Shown here piece by piece: positions 57,380 through 61,711 of a DNA stretch of 61,711 nucleotides (position 1 is the stretch's first letter; every line of letters begins with the position of its first letter). Below the pieces are notes generated by a model that saw only the letters and a list, made by a program, of their open reading frames with translations, ran no database searches and had not been told where the DNA came from. Source of the DNA: Oscillospiraceae bacterium (GTDB lineage: Bacteria; Bacillota; Clostridia; Oscillospirales; Ruminococcaceae); assembly GCA_017465345.1 (NCBI GenBank), contig JAFTWI010000083.1, forward strand, positions 1-61,711. The letters are read 5' to 3'. A program made the translations under genes and the position numbers.

Positions 57380-58509
57380 TTAGCTACAGTATTAACGAGT
57401 GTCATGGCATTTATCGTATTTATTATCGGATTCCAGACAAGAACGGCAAATTAAAGCAACACAGCAAATCCACAGGGTATAAGGCTCAAAAGGGCAACAA
57501 GCGTAAAGCAGAGGCATTTGCAAGGGAGTATATTGCAGGACTTGAAGGTTTATCATTGGATAATGGTAATATGTTGCTGTGTGACTATGTAGCAGATTGG
57601 GTAGAGCGTGACAAGGCAAGAGTACAGATTACAACATATGACGGTTACAAGCATATGTTGAACAAGTACATATTCCCATACTTTAAAAGTACACGTCTGA
57701 ATATACGGGACGTTAAGCCGATGCATCTTGAAAAGTATTGTGCTGATAAGATAGCGGACGGTTTAAGCCCTAACACAGTCATAAAGCACCTTGCTGTAAT
57801 AAGAACCGCTTTGCAGGATGCTGTCAAGAACGGTATTATTCGTAGTAATCCTGCTGATTTAGTTGAAAAGCCTAAGAGAGTCAAGCCTAAACACGATTTC
57901 TATAATAAGGCTGAATTGCAGAAACTATTAGCTGTATCTAAGGGTACCAGCATTGAGTTGCCTGTATTTTTGGCTATTGTATTTGGACTTCGCAGAAGCG
58001 AAGTGTTAGGGTTGAGGTGGAGTGCTATTGATTTTGAGAATGATACATTGACTGTGTGTAACAAAATTGTAAGAGGAGTAGTTGACGGTAAAGTAACAGA
58101 TGTTGCAAGCGATACGCTAAAAAGTGATACAAGTAACAGAACATTTTTAATGAATGAATATGTAAGGAATTATCTAAAAGATGTCAGAAAGCAGCAGTTG
58201 GAGAGAGCAAGAATTACAAATGACTACATTGATTATGTTTGTGTTAATATGATAGGTGAGCGTATAAAGGCTGACTATGTAACACACAAATTTAGAGACT
58301 TGCTTGATGCACACGATATGCGACAGATACGTTTTCACGATTTAAGACACAGTTGTATATCTTTATTAGTAAACAGTAATTTTAATATGAAACAGGTGCA
58401 GGAATACGCAGGGCACGCCGATTTCGCAATTACAGCCAACACCTATGCACATATAGACCTGACTGTAAAAAAGGCTGAGATTGACGCTATAACAAGTCAA
58501 TTAGTATAG
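57376..58509 (+). CDS. Tyrosine-type site-specific integrase
   Basis: 377 aa. N-terminal SAM-like domain. Catalytic pattern GLRRSEVLGLRW ... RFHDLRHS ... GHADFAITANTYAH (R-H-R-Y). Confidence 0.9.
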   Translation: MISYSINECHGIYRIYYRIPDKNGKLKQHSKSTGYKAQKGNKRKAEAFAREYIAGLEGLSLDNGNMLLCDYVADWVERDKARVQITTYDGYKHMLNKYIFPYFKSTRLNIRDVKPMHLEKYCADKIADGLSPNTVIKHLAVIRTALQDAVKNGIIRSNPADLVEKPKRVKPKHDFYNKAELQKLLAVSKGTSIELPVFLAIVFGLRRSEVLGLRWSAIDFENDTLTVCNKIVRGVVDGKVTDVASDTLKSDTSNRTFLMNEYVRNYLKDVRKQQLERARITNDYIDYVCVNMIGERIKADYVTHKFRDLLDAHDMRQIRFHDLRHSCISLLVNSNFNMKQVQEYAGHADFAITANTYAHIDLTVKKAEIDAITSQLV

Positions 58510-58527
58510 CCGTTTAAAAAGCATAAG

Positions 58528-58549
58528 TGTTATGCATATGTTATGCATA
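58528..58549 (+). repeat. Perfect tandem 11-mer (TGTTATGCATA x2) between integrase and tRNA
   Basis: 58528-58538 and 58539-58549 are identical. Each unit contains the ATGCAT palindrome. Confidence 0.8.
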
Positions 58550-58551
58550 AC

Positions 58552-58588
58552 AAAAAAATAAGCCGCTTAACTTACGTTAAACGGCTTA
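58552..58588 (-). terminator. Rho-independent terminator downstream of tRNA-fMet
   Basis: On the minus strand: TAAGCCGTTTAAC/GTTAAGCGGCTTA stem (one mismatch) followed by a 7-T run. Confidence 0.7.
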
Positions 58589-58593
58589 CCTAC

Positions 58594-58670
<77 letters not shown>

Positions 58671-58857
58671 GATATTTTATTTTGCCCTCATCAAGAGTGC
58701 TTTTATATTATATCACAGTCAAAATGCTTTGTCAAGCGTTTTTGAAAATTTTTTTGAAAAATATTTTTTGGTATTCTGAAAATATATGTCAAGGTAGCAC
58801 TCGTGTTGACTTTGGAATAAAATGGTGATATAATCATTAAAAATCAGGAGGTACGTT

Positions 58858-59544
58858 ATGGATAACAAATATTTTGACGAATTTGTTGTATATAAGGGCA
58901 GTACATACCGTGCCAAATCGTATACCAATGATTATGAACTTTTTGATACAGATGATATTGCTAAAATTACTCCGCTTATGCGTATTCCAAAGGGCGACAA
59001 GGACGATTATTATTTTCAGTCGGCAGCTTGTGACATAAACGGCATACGATATTCAGTTGTGGACTTCAAAGACGGAATTTGTTATTATAAGCGCTATATA
59101 AGCAGTGAGATAATTTTAGAAAAATCTGTTGATGAAGTCAATGAAATATGGCTTCGGCGAAATCATTCCCAAAAAGGAATAGTTATCGAAACTCTTTGGC
59201 TTAATCCTAATTGCAGTGAAAAACCGAGTTGTAACAAATATTATGTTGAAGAAATGGCACGCGAGGGTAGTGTTATGGTAAGCTATGCAGAAACCGAGAG
59301 GTTCAATTATGATACAACTCTTGAATTACTGAAAGAAATTTTTGATAAGCGTATGATAATTATCTGCAAATACATTGATTTTTTAGATGGCACACCTTGT
59401 TGTGAGCTAAAAATTGATGAGGAGAAGTTCGACTTGACCACGGATATATATGATATTCTTTGTATAAGTCCCAAAAACAAGCTCGGCAATAAATACATAT
59501 ACATAATAGTTGAAGCTTTGAACAAAGCTGAAAACAGCCCGTGA
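58858..59544 (+). CDS. Hypothetical protein (AT-rich)
   Basis: 228 aa. GGAGG RBS. No recognisable motif. Confidence 0.5.
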   Translation: MDNKYFDEFVVYKGSTYRAKSYTNDYELFDTDDIAKITPLMRIPKGDKDDYYFQSAACDINGIRYSVVDFKDGICYYKRYISSEIILEKSVDEVNEIWLRRNHSQKGIVIETLWLNPNCSEKPSCNKYYVEEMAREGSVMVSYAETERFNYDTTLELLKEIFDKRMIIICKYIDFLDGTPCCELKIDEEKFDLTTDIYDILCISPKNKLGNKYIYIIVEALNKAENSP

Positions 59545-59561
59545 TTTTCACGGGCTGTTTT
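59531..59561. terminator. Bidirectional terminator
   Basis: AAAACAGCCCGTGA/TCACGGGCTGTTTT stem between convergent genes. Confidence 0.8.
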
Positions 59562-59576
59562 CTATATTAGTTGTAA

Positions 59577-60935
59577 TTATTCATCTGCTGCCTCGTTAGG
59601 CGTTTCGTCAAGAACAATTTCAACATCAATATTTCCGTCGCTTCTTGCAAGGGTAACTGTCATTGTTTCACCCGGCTTGTGCTTGTTCTTTGCAGCAACA
59701 AGTCCGTTCATATCACTGATTTCCTTGCCGTCAGCCGCTACGATAACATCGCCTTCTGCAATGCCTGCAACATCTGCGCAGGAGCCTGCTTCAACGGATA
59801 CAACAAGCACGCCTGCATCAACAGGGAGATTGTAATAACGTTTTACAGCAGGAGTAATATCGCTGCCTGTAATACCGATTTTGGGTGTTGAAACGTAACC
59901 CTTGTTCATAAGGTCTTCAAGGATAGGCATAGCGTCTGTAATCGGAATAGCAAAGCCGATGCCCTCAACAGTGCTGTCAACAAGCTTGGAAGATGTAATA
60001 CCAATTACTTCGCCTCTTTTGTTAAGAAGCGGACCGCCCGAGTTACCAGGGTTAATGGAAGCGTCTGTCTGGATAAGTGTCATTGTAGCAGTACCGCCGC
60101 TGGAAAGCTCAGTGGTAAGCTCCTTTTCAAGTCCCGAAACGATACCCTCTGAGGCAGAAAGTCCAAGACCAAGCGGATATCCGAGAGTTACAGCTGTTTC
60201 ACCGAGATTAAGGTCATCGCTGTTTCCAAGAACAGCAGGAATAAGTCCATCAACATCAATTTTCAGCAGTGCAAGGTCTGTGCTTTCGTCGCTGCCGATG
60301 ATTTCAGCCTCATGCTCAGAGCCGTCAGACATTGTGACAGTAACCTTGTCAGCCTGAGCAGTCTGTGTTACAGCTTCATAACCTCCACCGAAAAAGCTGA
60401 ACGGATTTTCAAATGGGTTCATATCACCTGTGCTCTGATATGTCTGATAAGAAGTCTCGATTACGTGACAGTTTGTGATAATGTATCCGTCAGCGGAAAG
60501 AACAATACCTGTGCCTGTACCGCTGCCCTGAGCGTCCTTGAATTCAGAAGTAATTAGGGCGACGGAAGGTGTTGCATTGTGAATAATCTGTTCAGTGGTA
60601 AGTGCGTCACCGTTTGCGGGAGCAACATTAAGCAGATTACCAAGAGTTGCATCATCGTTTGTGGAATTCTGAGGAGCAGCAGTAACCGTGCTGATGGTTT
60701 CCTTTTTTTCATTATCCTCGTCAGCGTCATCTGAAACAGAAACTTTGTCGGAATTCATTGAGTCAGCAAGAAGTGCACCTCCAAAACCTGAAGCACCGCC
60801 TATAAGAGTTACCGCAAGTATCAGCGCAAAAATTTTGCCTGCCTTTTTGCCGCCGCTGTTCTTTGGCTTTTCAGGTTCAGTGGGAGTATAATTTGCTTCA
60901 TAAGTATAATTATTGTTATTGTTTTCATCGTACAT
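59577..60935 (-). CDS. HtrA/DegP-family serine protease with PDZ domain
   Basis: 452 aa. N-terminal TM anchor. Catalytic triad context ITNCHVI / DLALLKI / GNSGGPL. C-terminal PDZ domain. Confidence 0.9.
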   Translation of the reverse strand: MYDENNNNNYTYEANYTPTEPEKPKNSGGKKAGKIFALILAVTLIGGASGFGGALLADSMNSDKVSVSDDADEDNEKKETISTVTAAPQNSTNDDATLGNLLNVAPANGDALTTEQIIHNATPSVALITSEFKDAQGSGTGTGIVLSADGYIITNCHVIETSYQTYQSTGDMNPFENPFSFFGGGYEAVTQTAQADKVTVTMSDGSEHEAEIIGSDESTDLALLKIDVDGLIPAVLGNSDDLNLGETAVTLGYPLGLGLSASEGIVSGLEKELTTELSSGGTATMTLIQTDASINPGNSGGPLLNKRGEVIGITSSKLVDSTVEGIGFAIPITDAMPILEDLMNKGYVSTPKIGITGSDITPAVKRYYNLPVDAGVLVVSVEAGSCADVAGIAEGDVIVAADGKEISDMNGLVAAKNKHKPGETMTVTLARSDGNIDVEIVLDETPNEAADE

Positions 60936-61041
60936 AACAATACCGCCTTTCTATGTTAAGCAATCAGTTTTGTGATTACGGCTATATTGTAAAGCTGTAA
61001 TGTGTAAATTGCGTGAAATGATAACGAAAGATGTGTATAAT

Positions 61042-61711
61042 TTAAACGTTGAATACGGAATAGTCACATTCCCAGCCTGTTATTTCGAAAATCTTTTCCG
61101 AAAGCTTTATCGCAGCCTTGTTGTGGGTGACATAATTCGGGTGATTTTCACAGCCGATTCCGTCCTCTTCACGCTGAACATCGAATTCAAGTGCGTAAAT
61201 CTTACTGTCGCCCAGATTCTGTACCACTTTCTCAATTGCAGGGTACAACTCCGCGCCCATCATTCCCAGTGCACAGATTATTTGGGAATTCGGATTTGCA
61301 GCACGGATTTTCTTTACGAATTCACCGTAAGCAGCCTTAAAGCCTTCAATACGCTCGTGGATATCCTTTGTGTAGCTTTTATCATTTGTACCGAGATTTA
61401 CAACAATGACCTCGGGAACAAAGCTGCCGAAATCCCACTTGATATGTTCGGTAATACCGATATGTTCTTCGATGCCAATGTCGGTGTAATCGTACAGCAT
61501 AGGCATAACCCAGCTGTTATTTATTTCATCGGTTTTTGTGTCGCTGGAGTAAACACCGATACTGGTCCAGGAAATAAGATTATATTCCGCACCAAAGCTT
61601 CGTGCCGCCTTGGAAGCGTAGTTTATGTACGGATTTTCTGTAGCTGTCTGAAAATGCTCGTCAGCAGACTTACCTTCAATACCAAAGCCACAGGTTATGC
61701 TGTCGCCGATA
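61042..61711 (-). CDS. SGNH/GDSL-family hydrolase (5' end outside the window)
   Basis: The reading frame stays open upstream of the first Met to the window edge and reads IGDSITCGFG (GDS block I). GTND and NHPNYVTH (block V) follow downstream. Confidence 0.8.
   Translation of the reverse strand, partial: IGDSITCGFGIEGKSADEHFQTATENPYINYASKAARSFGAEYNLISWTSIGVYSSDTKTDEINNSWVMPMLYDYTDIGIEEHIGITEHIKWDFGSFVPEVIVVNLGTNDKSYTKDIHERIEGFKAAYGEFVKKIRAANPNSQIICALGMMGAELYPAIEKVVQNLGDSKIYALEFDVQREEDGIGCENHPNYVTHNKAAIKLSEKIFEITGWECDYSVFNV

Larger units (their letters stand above)
48190..58593. mobile_element. Mosaic genomic island / integrative element remnant next to tRNA-fMet
   Basis: Visibly AT-rich compared with both flanks. 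Holds a tyrosine integrase plus excisionase abutting the tRNA 3' side, a large serine recombinase and a small serine recombinase. The cargo is orphan genes. The left boundary is not defined; no direct repeat was found by eye. Confidence 0.65.

Overview
A 61.7-kb chromosomal segment that looks like a spore-forming Clostridia-class Firmicute. Support: a gerA-type germinant-receptor operon, GGAGG-type ribosome-binding sites, and many near-perfect TTGACA-17-TATAAT promoters. Most of the window is ordinary core metabolism and transport: metA, manA, ROK glucokinase, ilvD, aroF-aroB-aroA-aroC, a MATE pump, ABC transporters, HtrA and an SGNH hydrolase. Four blocks are not housekeeping. (1) 26-7472 is a tightly packed six-gene operon built on a TerY-P triad (vWA, PP2C phosphatase, Ser/Thr kinase). 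It is extended by a heavily eroded P-type-ATPase homologue, a TerD-fold fusion protein and a nitroreductase. This is my top candidate for an undescribed system variant. (2) There are two paralogous MoxR-DUF58 modules. One has a membrane transglutaminase (22.5-27.3 kb). The other sits inside an ABC-2 transporter operon (34.8-40.3 kb). (3) 43.5-46.6 kb holds a marR / Fe-alcohol dehydrogenase / aldehyde dehydrogenase unit. The ADH is split by a 1-nt deletion in an A-run. (4) About 48.2-58.6 kb is a visibly AT-rich mosaic island of roughly 10 kb abutting an initiator tRNA-fMet gene. It carries three site-specific recombinases of different families (large serine, small serine, tyrosine plus excisionase) and several orphan genes, including a ~711-aa protein with no motif I can recognise. 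No CRISPR array, rRNA or reverse transcriptase was seen. All calls come from by-eye motif recognition; no database search or computation was run.
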